64,000 nt of DNA from NCBI GenBank assembly GCA_964408285.1, contig CAYOYV010000003.1, positions 1-64,000 on the forward strand, given 5' to 3'. The notes under the pieces were generated by a model. It was not told where the DNA came from. It did not search any database and saw only the letters and a program-made list of their open reading frames with translations. Source of the DNA: an uncultured Nitrososphaerota archaeon (GTDB lineage Archaea > Thermoproteota > EX4484-205 > JAAOZO01). Shown here piece by piece: positions 1 through 10,120 of the stretch. The translations under genes and the position numbers were made by a program. Within the stretch, counting starts at the first letter, position 1. Every line of letters begins with the position of its first letter.

Positions 1-2
1 TC

Positions 3-3000
3 TTGGTTCTTCTTTTCTTTCTTCTGGGCACAATCCTCGTCACGGGCAAGTCAGTACTTGTCTTCCCCTCCTCCTCCCTTCAGGATTTCGCTTCTTCGAG
101 AGCAATACTGACCGGATCTATCAGGAGTCATCCTCTACAGAATTCTTCTCGAAGTGCTCTATATGTGAGCCTGTACGAGGGTGTTCGGCTGGATGCCTTG
201 CCGGGGATTCAACTGGCCCTTAGTTTGATCACTTTGCTCTTTGCCATTTCCTCCTGTCTTGCCCTTGTGAAAATCTTCGGCTTCAGGGCAAGTCTAGGAT
301 TCTCAGCGGCTTTCGTCCTTTTCCTGTTCGTCTTTTCTGGAGATTCCTGGCTATTGATCGTTCGAAGGGCAGCTGGAGGAATAGAACCTTCACAGACGCT
401 TCCCTCACTACCTTTTTGGTCGTATGATTCACTCGGATATAGTTCCCGATCATACGTAGGATCTCAATCGACGAAGATCCTGCCGATCCTGCTTTCATGT
501 GTGATAATTCTTATGAGAAGGGAGCCCGACAGGAAAATCGGATATCTCCCTCTCGCGCTTGTTACGTCATACCTGGGCATGGCATATCCCTCGGTTCTTC
601 TTACCCTATTCCTTTCGATGCTGTTCGTGGGATTTCCCATTAATCAAATGAAAGGAGACAAAGCACGGATCCTCGTTCTCGCAAGTATGATCTCGTTCCT
701 TGTTTGCGTCATGGGGGGCTTTGTATTCAGCAATCCACATCTCTTCCTTCTCGCCAGCGGCATAGCTGTAACTATTCTCCTGACCCGTTATCAGAAAACG
801 GGCATCCTATCGCTGCCATTTGGCATCTCCTCAAGCAGACTCGGCTTCCTTGCTGGCTTCGTCCTTCTTTCCCTTTATTCGATCTATCTATATTCGTGGG
901 TGAGTTATCCTTGGACCCAGTCAACTCGCGTTAGCTCCCTCCTAGCCGGACTATTCATCAGTCAGTCATCTGGTGTAATCGGCTTCTTAGCAATATCCTG
1001 TCTCTTCTTCTTGGGTTCTGACAGGGAACACGACGAGCTATTGAAGGCGCCATTTCTCATGTTTCTTCTTTCGTCCATCATGCTCTTCGTTATAAGCTAT
1101 TGGGATCTGCAAATCATGCAAACTGGCCTGGGAATTGAACAACTCGTAGATCTCATGGGCATCTGCATTTCGCTGATTGCTGTTGTTGGCCTTGTGAAGG
1201 TCAGTTCGTTTGTTGGCTCGTTCGGATCAGGCAAGGTGCTTGGGCTTGTGCTGGTCTCACTTGTTTCGGTGTATGGCCTGAATGGATATCTAGTGACCAT
1301 CAACGCTAGAGCGGAGGGGCTGACGCGTGCGAATTTCCCCACCGAAGATGGGTTGGAGGCGATTTCTTTCTTGGACGACTATTACCGGTCTAAGGAGAAT
1401 ACACTTGTCGTTCATTCAACAAGCGCGACTCTGCCTCTGGCGTTGTCGCCCCCAAACCAACTGAGTGAAAGCGGCTTGCTATTCAATTCCGTCTCGGCTG
1501 AAATGACGGATCTGTTGCTGTCTGGTCGAAAGGGAAACGTTCTAGTTCAGGTGAATAATAACGACTGGGGGGAGTTCAACAGGAGCTACATTTACTTGAG
1601 CCGTCTGAGCAAGATTGATCCGATTTTTTCGAACAAGGAATACACGCTCTTCGAAATGGCGATCCATGACGGCCTTGTGCCCGAAAGTGAGAATGTTTTG
1701 GTCGTCCCTCGTAACAGGACTACAGCTACGTTATTCGATCCGGTATTGGCTCTGTCCACGCTAGGGGCAAGGTTCACAACACGTTCCGAGACTGATGTGA
1801 ATCTATTCAGATCGAAGACCCTTCTTCTGTTCCAAGATCCGGTCGAGCCTGCCGATCAAGATGAGGAGCGTTCGCTTTTCCAATTCCTAGTGCAATCATA
1901 TATTAATGAAACCAGAAGTAGGCCTTCTGGCATCGTAGGGGATTATGCCTTCGTTAACGGTACTTGGTCCTTGAAATCAGGTCTGTTACTTGGGGGTGAC
2001 GGAAGATCCTCCGACAGGGGGTATATCGTCCCAAACAAGAACTCCTCTATCTTTTCAGGGCAATTCCTCATCACAGTACAACCCCCTATCTCGGCCAAAT
2101 CGTACTTCGGCTTTGTATATGCATTCAATGATCCTGACCATTGCAGGATTCTCTTGCTTGAGTTCGGGCAATCGAGTGCAACGAGGGCCTACATGCTTCG
2201 CATCGACGGATCCAGAAGAGTCTTCTATCCGACGGAGGGAATCGATGTGAATCAGTGGCTCAGAAGCGGGACGAACAGGGTCAAAGTGAATATCAACGCC
2301 TCTAGACAAATCCTCGAGACGAATGGAGTGGCTGTTCTGGATCTGAATGAAACATTGGAAGAGGGAAGGTTCGGGCTCTACTATCAAGGTCCGTTCACAT
2401 TTACCTTGGGCGGGTCTTCAAGATCAAAGCCCGCGGACGAAATCGATGCAAATGACTACGCAGCGTTTGTTGCCAATGGTGGGGACTTGATGATTTTCAA
2501 TACTGACGGCTTCAATTTCTTCGCAAGCAAGATATTCAGTTCGATCGGCAGTCTCGTCACGGTAACTAGGGTAGTCGGTCCAAATTCATCTCAGATTCCG
2601 GCAACTGAGGTTCATTCCGTCGGTCTACGTGAAGATGCTCAAATGACCAGCTCCTTTCAGGGAGAAAATGCAACCATACCACTCGTAATCAGGCTCTCAA
2701 TCGCAGATGGAACTCTGACATACATCAACATCTACGATCTGCTCAGGTCCCGTCCGGACTTAGTGACACCGGTATTAGGACTGAGCGGACTGATCCTGCA
2801 CGAGAATGGTCCGACATTACCCAACTTTCGTCGCATTGCATTCTGCAGCGCCAACTTGACTGGAAGAGTCTTGATTAGGGCTAACTCAATGATTTCCAGT
2901 ATAGAGGCTCCTAGCTCGTCAGGCCCCTTCCCTGTTATCATATTTGGAGATTCGATTCAGAACCTCACGTACGGTTCAGCAAAAAGCATCCAAGTCAAGA

Positions 3001-3548
3001 GAATGGACAGTATTTTGGTCAACTGCTCGAGGGCATTGATATCGAATGATGTGGGAGGATTCTACCAAAGGTTCCAGATCGATGGCGATCTATGGATAAG
3101 CTTCCCAGGGTATTGCGAGATTTCGCTGCACTCAGGCACCGAAGGCCAACAAGTGATTTATGAGGTGAATGGAACGGATCTCAGACTTCATCTGCCTTAC
3201 GCAAACAAGCTAGATCTCTCTCTTCTATTGCCCAATGTTGATGTCGCCGGAATCGCTGACTTCACATCCTTGCATTTTCTCTATAATGATGCCCCGTTGT
3301 CGCTTTCTGCCACTCTTGGTCATGCCAAGCTCTCGGGCAGAATCGAGTTCGCGATTGCAGTATCAGACAACTACAAGTTAGCAGGTATTGTGAAGCTGGG
3401 AGTCGTGAATGACGAACCTATCGGAGTCGATGATAGAATCATCTTGCCTTATCTTCTCTTTTGGGCCCTGGCGAGCCTGCCATTCCTGTTAGTGCTTCTT
3501 CTCATTCTGGCATATCAATCAAGAAGGGCAGCGGGATTTGAAGCATAA
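3..3548 (+). CDS. Large multi-pass membrane protein (5' truncated), GT-C-like membrane region plus large extracytoplasmic domain and C-terminal TM
   Basis: Open from the window edge. Many hydrophobic helices in the first ~430 aa, then a soluble region rich in N-x-S/T sequons, then a C-terminal TM (ILPYLLFWALASLPFLLVLLLILAY). First gene of the GT cluster. Confidence 0.6.
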   Translation: MVLLFFLLGTILVTGKSVLVFPSSSLQDFASSRAILTGSIRSHPLQNSSRSALYVSLYEGVRLDALPGIQLALSLITLLFAISSCLALVKIFGFRASLGFSAAFVLFLFVFSGDSWLLIVRRAAGGIEPSQTLPSLPFWSYDSLGYSSRSYVGSQSTKILPILLSCVIILMRREPDRKIGYLPLALVTSYLGMAYPSVLLTLFLSMLFVGFPINQMKGDKARILVLASMISFLVCVMGGFVFSNPHLFLLASGIAVTILLTRYQKTGILSLPFGISSSRLGFLAGFVLLSLYSIYLYSWVSYPWTQSTRVSSLLAGLFISQSSGVIGFLAISCLFFLGSDREHDELLKAPFLMFLLSSIMLFVISYWDLQIMQTGLGIEQLVDLMGICISLIAVVGLVKVSSFVGSFGSGKVLGLVLVSLVSVYGLNGYLVTINARAEGLTRANFPTEDGLEAISFLDDYYRSKENTLVVHSTSATLPLALSPPNQLSESGLLFNSVSAEMTDLLLSGRKGNVLVQVNNNDWGEFNRSYIYLSRLSKIDPIFSNKEYTLFEMAIHDGLVPESENVLVVPRNRTTATLFDPVLALSTLGARFTTRSETDVNLFRSKTLLLFQDPVEPADQDEERSLFQFLVQSYINETRSRPSGIVGDYAFVNGTWSLKSGLLLGGDGRSSDRGYIVPNKNSSIFSGQFLITVQPPISAKSYFGFVYAFNDPDHCRILLLEFGQSSATRAYMLRIDGSRRVFYPTEGIDVNQWLRSGTNRVKVNINASRQILETNGVAVLDLNETLEEGRFGLYYQGPFTFTLGGSSRSKPADEIDANDYAAFVANGGDLMIFNTDGFNFFASKIFSSIGSLVTVTRVVGPNSSQIPATEVHSVGLREDAQMTSSFQGENATIPLVIRLSIADGTLTYINIYDLLRSRPDLVTPVLGLSGLILHENGPTLPNFRRIAFCSANLTGRVLIRANSMISSIEAPSSSGPFPVIIFGDSIQNLTYGSAKSIQVKRMDSILVNCSRALISNDVGGFYQRFQIDGDLWISFPGYCEISLHSGTEGQQVIYEVNGTDLRLHLPYANKLDLSLLLPNVDVAGIADFTSLHFLYNDAPLSLSATLGHAKLSGRIEFAIAVSDNYKLAGIVKLGVVNDEPIGVDDRIILPYLLFWALASLPFLLVLLLILAYQSRRAAGFEA

Positions 3549-3549
3549 T

Positions 3550-5754
3550 ATGAAACTAGGGGAAATGTCAAGGGACTTACTTCTCATTGCCTTTCTTGGG
3601 CTTCTCTCTTTTGTCCCCCTTGCTGGGAGTTTCTCAAGCGAGGAACTGATTCTTGTTCACGATTACAGTTTCCCCTTGCACATTACCGCGGATCCCCTGC
3701 TAAGCTATGGGTGGGATCACCGGGCCCTCACAGGCGTCAACGACATGCTACTCTCGCCGTGCAGGATTCCTTACCAATACGCACTTTACTTGCTGAACTC
3801 CATCATCGGCATTCCAGATTGGTTGATCAATAGAATGCAGATAGTGCTGTCGTTCTTCATCCAAGGAGTTGGTACTTATGTCCTATTGAGAGCATATCAC
3901 AGATCAAGGGTTGCCTCCCTCGCAGGAGGAGTCTTCTCAATGCTCAACCCGGTTGTGGCACTCAGGATGGCTTATGGACAACCTAGGCTTCTCTTGCAGA
4001 ACGGGTTCATTCCCATCGTTCTAGCCTCCTACGCTTGGTCGAGAAAAAGAGGTCACTCGCCACTGAAGGTGGCCGCAATAGTAAGCCTCGTTACATTGCC
4101 GATAACGATTATGGGACTTCCCGTTGAGATTGGGTTCGTCTTCTTTTCGTTCGTGCTTATGATCATCATTGAAACCCTCTTCTCGCCAGTCAGCTTCAGC
4201 ACTAATGCGAGGATTCTGTTCTTCTGTGGGGTGATCTCGATTCTCATCAATTCATGGTGGGCCATTCCTGGACTCTATTTCATGGCATATTCAAGGGGAC
4301 AATTCTATACGGTCAAAGAGGAATACTCCATGGAGGTACTCAATAGGACTTCTTCATTCTCTTCAATTCTGAATTCGCTTCGGCTCTATTCTCTTGACAT
4401 AGGGCAGAAATTCCCATTCTACGATCAGATGTGGCTGAAGATCGCAGGATTGGCGATTCTGCCAATAGCCTTCTGTTTCATTCTGACTAGGAAGGATGTC
4501 CTTACCTCATATGCTCTAGTGACTCTCGTTGTTGCCATCGCGCTCTTTCAAGGCACGAATCCTCCTCTCGGCAGAATCTACGATTTCCTATATCACACTG
4601 TTCCGGGTTTCTTCGTATATAGGGACGCAAATCATTTTGATTCGTTGCTCTATATTGCGGTGGGAATCCTTGTAGGAAGCTCTGTAGATTCGTTCCATTC
4701 ACATCTGAAAAAGGGCGGTCACATGCGGCTTGGTATCAGAGTCCTCACGATTCCTGCGATTGTTGTGAGTGGAGCCGTTTTGGTCACCTATATGGTGCCA
4801 TTGCTGGGAGGTAATCTGAATGGTTTTCTGAGTCCGGTCAAAGTGCCTGACTATTACTATGAGGCGCTTCGCTACCTGCAAAAGGAGAATCTGACATCGA
4901 GGATCTTCTATCCTCATATGGGCTCAGTCACCGCCTACGAATGGGCCCTGAACGCAAATCAGAGATACACAATGCAGAACGTTTTCTTCATAGATCCTTT
5001 CCTGCCTCCCGTGGTGAGTGATGTGTTTGCGACTTACTCCCCTACATTACCGACTCGAGCTAGGGAATTGATAGAGGACATGTCAGATGGACTTGATCGA
5101 GGCATCATAGGAGTCTCGAAGTCCCTGGGATTGCTCAGCATAAGATACGTCGTGATCGACACTAAGGATCACATTGGCATAGCTCCCTTGATTGAGAGGA
5201 CGGAGGGAATCGAGCTCGATAAGCAGATTGGTTCCATCAAGATCTACAGGGTCAACGAATGCCAGCCTTACTTCTATGTAGCGGATTCAGTGTTTCCAGC
5301 TCACAGGAACGAGAAGTTGTCCGATATCCTGCCTCATCTGGAGAGCAAGCATCCGGTGATTCTATATGATGGTGATTGGGATTTCGATACAAGCAAGGTC
5401 AACCTGTCTCCAAAAATCAGGCTGAATTCAACATACCTGGATGACGCAAACTACAAACTGAGAATTGAGTGCGATAGCTCTTTCGTTCTGGTTTTCACAG
5501 AAACATACGATGCCGGATGGACTGCTCAATCAGGAACTAAGGTCTATGATCACTTCATAGCAAACGGCTATGCTAATGGCTGGGTGATAGAAGCTTCGGG
5601 CGTGTTCGAGGTTAGCGTCGAGTTCAAACCTTCGGTTACTCTGGGATACGGAGGCATCATCAGCTTGATGTCCCTGGCCTCAATTGGCATCTACTTACTA
5701 CATGGTGCTCTAGCCGGACGAAGGGGTATTCACAATGGTACCAAGAGAGAATGA
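3550..5754 (+). CDS. GT-C fold membrane glycosyltransferase-like protein (AftD/DUF3367-like N-terminus, YfhO-like C-terminus)
   Basis: Multiple TMs; motifs GTNPPLG.IYDFL...PGF...RD, VKVPDYY, VLVFTETYDAGW and HFIANGYANGW. ATG at 3550 follows the upstream stop (the ORF track starts at TTG 3538). Confidence 0.65.
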   Translation: MKLGEMSRDLLLIAFLGLLSFVPLAGSFSSEELILVHDYSFPLHITADPLLSYGWDHRALTGVNDMLLSPCRIPYQYALYLLNSIIGIPDWLINRMQIVLSFFIQGVGTYVLLRAYHRSRVASLAGGVFSMLNPVVALRMAYGQPRLLLQNGFIPIVLASYAWSRKRGHSPLKVAAIVSLVTLPITIMGLPVEIGFVFFSFVLMIIIETLFSPVSFSTNARILFFCGVISILINSWWAIPGLYFMAYSRGQFYTVKEEYSMEVLNRTSSFSSILNSLRLYSLDIGQKFPFYDQMWLKIAGLAILPIAFCFILTRKDVLTSYALVTLVVAIALFQGTNPPLGRIYDFLYHTVPGFFVYRDANHFDSLLYIAVGILVGSSVDSFHSHLKKGGHMRLGIRVLTIPAIVVSGAVLVTYMVPLLGGNLNGFLSPVKVPDYYYEALRYLQKENLTSRIFYPHMGSVTAYEWALNANQRYTMQNVFFIDPFLPPVVSDVFATYSPTLPTRARELIEDMSDGLDRGIIGVSKSLGLLSIRYVVIDTKDHIGIAPLIERTEGIELDKQIGSIKIYRVNECQPYFYVADSVFPAHRNEKLSDILPHLESKHPVILYDGDWDFDTSKVNLSPKIRLNSTYLDDANYKLRIECDSSFVLVFTETYDAGWTAQSGTKVYDHFIANGYANGWVIEASGVFEVSVEFKPSVTLGYGGIISLMSLASIGIYLLHGALAGRRGIHNGTKRE

Positions 5755-6490
5755 AACACAGTTGAGTGTGGTAATCCCTGCCTTTAATGTGGGAGAGGTG
5801 GTCGTGCCAACTCTTGAGGATCTGAAGTGCGTCCTGAACAGTGTCAATCAGTGTTCCGAGATCATCGTCGTTGAGGATGGTTCGAAGGATGATACCTACC
5901 GCAGGCTAGTGTTTTGCCAAGAGAGAATTGGGATGAGGATACTGCGAAATGCTAGGAATATGGGAAAGGGGTTTTCAATAAAAAGAGGAATAGAAAGCGC
6001 CGGGGGAAGATGGACCGTCGTTATGGATGCAGATGGCGATATAGATCCTAGCCTGTTGAAGGGCTATCTGGATGCCCTGAGCCATGCTGACATCGTAATA
6101 GCCTCCAAGAGACTTCCTCAATCGACGTATGAAGCACCTTTGATCAGGAAATTACTCAGTTTCTGCTTCCATTGGCTCGTAATTCTCCTCACCGGCATCA
6201 GGGTGACTGACTCACAGACGGGCTTCAAGGCGTTTCGAACGCTTGAGGCCAAAAAGATAATGAAGGTAGTTGTGGCAAAGAGATACGCTTTTGATGTCGA
6301 AGTCCTTGCAGTGGCCAACTTACTAGGTCTCAAGGTTGTTGAGCTCCCGGTTGAAGTGAGGCTCAAAAGGCTATTCAGTATAAGAGACGCGATGAGCATG
6401 ATGAAAGACCTATTGGGAATAACGTATCGATTGAGGGTGACAAGGTGGTATCAGGACAGGCTGAGGAAAAAGGAAATGGATAGACAATGA
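5735..6490 (+). CDS. GT2 polyprenol/dolichol-phosphate glycosyltransferase (DPM/DPG synthase-like)
   Basis: SVVIPAFN, VEDGSKD, NMGKG, MDADG (DxD), TDSQTGFKAF, FDVE. Confidence 0.88.
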   Translation: MVPRENETQLSVVIPAFNVGEVVVPTLEDLKCVLNSVNQCSEIIVVEDGSKDDTYRRLVFCQERIGMRILRNARNMGKGFSIKRGIESAGGRWTVVMDADGDIDPSLLKGYLDALSHADIVIASKRLPQSTYEAPLIRKLLSFCFHWLVILLTGIRVTDSQTGFKAFRTLEAKKIMKVVVAKRYAFDVEVLAVANLLGLKVVELPVEVRLKRLFSIRDAMSMMKDLLGITYRLRVTRWYQDRLRKKEMDRQ

Positions 6491-7506
6491 GATATCGGAA
6501 ATTGGGAAAAAGTGATCTAAATGCCTCCGTCGTCGGTCTGGGTTCTGAGCAATTCGGAGATAGAGCTTGGGGCTACGGAGTTCAATATAATGACACAACA
6601 ATCAACAGGGTAATCGAGGCAGCAATCGAATCAGGCATAAATTTGTTCGACACCGCAGAACTCTATGGAGACGGCAAGGCAGAGATCCTGCTAGGAAATG
6701 CGCTCAGGAGTTGCGCCAGAAGCGAATGCCTGATAGTCTCAAAGGTAGCTCCTTGGAATCTAAGATACGCTAGATTAATGAAGGCAGCGGAAAGAAGCCT
6801 GAATAGACTACGGGTCGATTCGATTGATCTCTACCTCGTGCACTACCCAAACCCGCTTGTTCCGATCAAGGAAACATTCAGAGCCTTGGAATATCTCGTC
6901 AGGAAGGGCAAGATCAGATACATAGGAGTTAGTAACTTCCAGCCCTTTCTCATACAAAAAGCCCAAGAAGCCCTTTCTCGATCAGAGATAATCGTGAATG
7001 AAATAGAGTATAACATTCTTTCACGCAGGGCAGAGAGCACCGTTATACCTTATTGCCGACGGCATGGCATTGGCATAATGGCATACAGCCCTTTTGCCGA
7101 GGGCATCTTGACAGGCAGATATTCTGCAAAGAACCTCCCAAGAGATAAGGCAAGGGCCTTCAGCTTCTTGGCAAAGAGAGGCTTCCTGCAGAGAGCGCGT
7201 CCTCTGTTCGAGGTCTTGGGAGACATAGCGAAAGAGAAGAAGGCAACGGTGGCACAGATATCTCTAGCATATGTCTTGAGAGATCCAAACTTCATAGCTA
7301 TCCCTGCTGCGCTTTCCTCCCTTGAGGTGAGAGATGACGCAAGGGCTTCAGACATACAATTATCAGCAAACGACATCCTCAGAATTCACAGAACAGCGCC
7401 CTCACTGGACATTTTCAGGCACTCGATTGACAACTTCATTTACAGACCGATCACATGGATCAAGGGGGGCTTGGGAGCAATGCTCAGCAACATGACGGGG
7501 TCTTGA
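6487..7506 (+). CDS. Aldo/keto reductase
   Basis: GINLFDTAELYGDG, IVSK, IDLYLVH, GKIRYIGVSNF; ATGA overlap with the upstream GT2. Confidence 0.92.
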   Translation: MRYRKLGKSDLNASVVGLGSEQFGDRAWGYGVQYNDTTINRVIEAAIESGINLFDTAELYGDGKAEILLGNALRSCARSECLIVSKVAPWNLRYARLMKAAERSLNRLRVDSIDLYLVHYPNPLVPIKETFRALEYLVRKGKIRYIGVSNFQPFLIQKAQEALSRSEIIVNEIEYNILSRRAESTVIPYCRRHGIGIMAYSPFAEGILTGRYSAKNLPRDKARAFSFLAKRGFLQRARPLFEVLGDIAKEKKATVAQISLAYVLRDPNFIAIPAALSSLEVRDDARASDIQLSANDILRIHRTAPSLDIFRHSIDNFIYRPITWIKGGLGAMLSNMTGS

Positions 7507-7508
7507 TA

Positions 7509-8558
7509 ATGTCTATCATTGAATCCAGGACTTGTGAAAGCATGGGGGCAGTGGCTCCCGTCAATGCTTCAATTCGCTGTCAACAAGCCAACTATGGGAT
7601 GACTGGGCAGTCGAATCTTGTCTCGATCATAATTCCATGCAAGGAGATCGGTCAGTATGCTCTGGAATCAGTTAACAGTTGCAGGAAATTGGAATACAAG
7701 AATTGTGAGATAATACTTCTGCCTGATAGCGAGAAGAGAGAGGTGCACGGCATTAGGGTGATTCCCACAGGGTCGATATCTCCAGGTGCAAAAAGGAACA
7801 TTGGCACCAAAAACGCGAAGGGAGAAATCGTGGCATATACTGACTCAGACGCCTATCCAGACAACAATTGGCTAGACCGAGCTATGGAGAACCTGAAGGC
7901 AGACGTAGTTGCAGTTGGAGGGCCTGGGCTAACGCCCAGCGAGGACAATATGATGCAAAGGGCTTCCGGGCTGATAATGTCCTCAATCATGGTCGGGGAT
8001 CTCTCGAAAAGGTATAGGAAATATAGTGCTGCGCAGTATACGGACGAGCTGAGCTCCTGCAACTTCGTCATGAGAAAGGGCGCTGTAGAGGCAATTGGAG
8101 GCTGGAACGAGAAATACTGGCCCGGAGAGGATACCCTCCTTTGCACTGAAATGCGGAAGATGAACATGAAAATGATAGAAGCTCCTGATGTACTGGTCTA
8201 TCACCACAGACGCCCTCTGTGGATTCCGCACCTGAGCCAGGTCTTCGGCTATGGGATCCATAGGGGCCTTTTTGCGAGGAAATTCGGGGGGACTTCCTTG
8301 AAGCCAAAGTATTTCATGCCCTCCTTCCTCCTGGTGGGTTTCTTGTCATTTCTCTTGTGCTCCATCTGGAGTGCTGTTGCCTTCTACTCCTCGTTGACCC
8401 TCTTGTCAATGTATCTCCTAGGCGATCTTCTTGCGGCATTGATGCAAACGCAGGATCCTAGAATGGTCCCGCTTCTCCTTGCTGGAATTCCGCTCACGCA
8501 TCTGACCTACGGCATCGCATTTGTCATAGGGCTACTTAAGGACGATCTGAATAGATAA
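7509..8558 (+). CDS. GT2 glycosyltransferase with C-terminal TM helices
   Basis: VSIIIP, KRNIG, YTDSDAYP (DxD), GGWNE...GED, VYHHRR. Alternative start at 7599. Confidence 0.88.
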   Translation: MSIIESRTCESMGAVAPVNASIRCQQANYGMTGQSNLVSIIIPCKEIGQYALESVNSCRKLEYKNCEIILLPDSEKREVHGIRVIPTGSISPGAKRNIGTKNAKGEIVAYTDSDAYPDNNWLDRAMENLKADVVAVGGPGLTPSEDNMMQRASGLIMSSIMVGDLSKRYRKYSAAQYTDELSSCNFVMRKGAVEAIGGWNEKYWPGEDTLLCTEMRKMNMKMIEAPDVLVYHHRRPLWIPHLSQVFGYGIHRGLFARKFGGTSLKPKYFMPSFLLVGFLSFLLCSIWSAVAFYSSLTLLSMYLLGDLLAALMQTQDPRMVPLLLAGIPLTHLTYGIAFVIGLLKDDLNR

Positions 8559-8610
8559 GAGCGTGAGAAGAGACCTTGCCGTTCAAGGAACCTGAGGAGG
8601 GGACACAGAA

Positions 8611-10083
8611 GTGAAGGTAAGCGTTTCCTACCCTCCGATAGATTCGGTCAAGGGAACTCCTCTCATATCGCAGAACAGGTTTTTCACCTATCGCAGGCTT
8701 GAGGGCATTACAGGCACATTCTCAACGCCAACGTACGTGTATCCTATTGTGCCTGCTTATGCTGCGACCCTGCTCAAAAACGAAGGACATCAAGTGATAT
8801 GGGATGACGCTGTGGCCAAGGAGAAAACGTATGCAACATGGATAAAGGATGTCGAAAGAAATGACCCTGACCTGATCATGTTCGAATCAAAGACTCCTGT
8901 GATAAGGAGGCATTGGAGAATAATAGATGATCTGAAGTCGAGATGCCCTGAGGCGAAAGTCGTTCTTGTGGGAGATCATGTAACTGCACTGCCTGAGGAG
9001 TCCCTAATCAATAGCAAGGCGGACTTCGTCCTGACAGGAGGTGATTACGATTTCACGTTGTTGCAGCTCGTCAAATATCTCGAAGGAGAAGCCAAAGAGA
9101 TGGAAGCTGGGATCTATTTCCGGGAGAATGGATTTCTGAGGAATACCGGAAGATTCAGGTCGGATCATTTCCTTGATTCATTACCCCAAATAGACAGGGA
9201 GCTCACAGGATGGCGGCTCTACGCCTTCGAGGATGGGAACTACAAGAGAGTGCCTGGAACCTACACGATGGTAGCCAGAGACTGTTGGTGGAACGTAGAC
9301 GGAGGGTGTTCTTTCTGCTCTTGGAAAGGCGTCTTGTATCCAAATTACAGGACCAGAAGCCCGAGATTGGTTGTCGAGGAAATCGCAGCATTGACTGAGA
9401 AATACGGCATCAGAGAAGTCTTCGATGATAGCGGGACGTTTCCTGTGGGCAAGTGGCTCGAGGAATTCTGCGACATGATGATTGCAGAGAAGCTAAACGA
9501 GAAGGTTTACACGGACATCAACATGAGACCGGGGGTTCTGAATCAAGAGCAATACTCGCTGATGAAAAAGGCTGGATTCAGAATGGTCCTCTTCGGATTG
9601 GAGTCAGCGAACGATTTCACTCTGACCAAGCTGAACAAGGGTGTGACAGTGAATGAGACGATCAAGAGCATCAAGCTGGCGGACCTCGCGGGGCTTGAGC
9701 CTCATGCAACGCTCATGTTTGGATATCCATGGGAAACAAGGGAAGACGCGTTGAGAACATTGAAACTCGGGAAACTGCTGTTACAGAGTGGGTGGGCCCA
9801 TACTCTGCAAGCTACACTCATCGTTCCATATCCCGGGACCAGACTCTTTGAGGAAGCAAAAGAGAAAGGGTGGCTCAAGACCCTCGACTGGGATCACTAT
9901 GACATGGACAAGTCAGTCATGAGCTGCCCCCTAACGGAAAGCGAATTGAAGGACATGAGAAAAGAGATCTATCGTATGTATTTCAGTCCAAGCTATGCCC
10001 TTCGAAGGTTGATTCGCATCAGAAGCGTCGATGACATTGAGTTTCTGGTTAGAGGCCTCAGGAAATTGCTGGCCTATGTCTGA
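8611..10083 (+). CDS. Cobalamin-binding radical SAM protein
   Basis: N-terminal B12-binding-type Rossmann region (VVLVGDHVTALPEE), Cys motif CWWNVDGGCSFC, FDDSGTF, FGLESA, MFGYPWET, PYPGT.LF. Confidence 0.88.
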   Translation: MKVSVSYPPIDSVKGTPLISQNRFFTYRRLEGITGTFSTPTYVYPIVPAYAATLLKNEGHQVIWDDAVAKEKTYATWIKDVERNDPDLIMFESKTPVIRRHWRIIDDLKSRCPEAKVVLVGDHVTALPEESLINSKADFVLTGGDYDFTLLQLVKYLEGEAKEMEAGIYFRENGFLRNTGRFRSDHFLDSLPQIDRELTGWRLYAFEDGNYKRVPGTYTMVARDCWWNVDGGCSFCSWKGVLYPNYRTRSPRLVVEEIAALTEKYGIREVFDDSGTFPVGKWLEEFCDMMIAEKLNEKVYTDINMRPGVLNQEQYSLMKKAGFRMVLFGLESANDFTLTKLNKGVTVNETIKSIKLADLAGLEPHATLMFGYPWETREDALRTLKLGKLLLQSGWAHTLQATLIVPYPGTRLFEEAKEKGWLKTLDWDHYDMDKSVMSCPLTESELKDMRKEIYRMYFSPSYALRRLIRIRSVDDIEFLVRGLRKLLAYV

Positions 10084-10120
10084 TTCAGCCTGCGCTGGCC
10101 CAAGGCTCTCGTGCTTTCTC

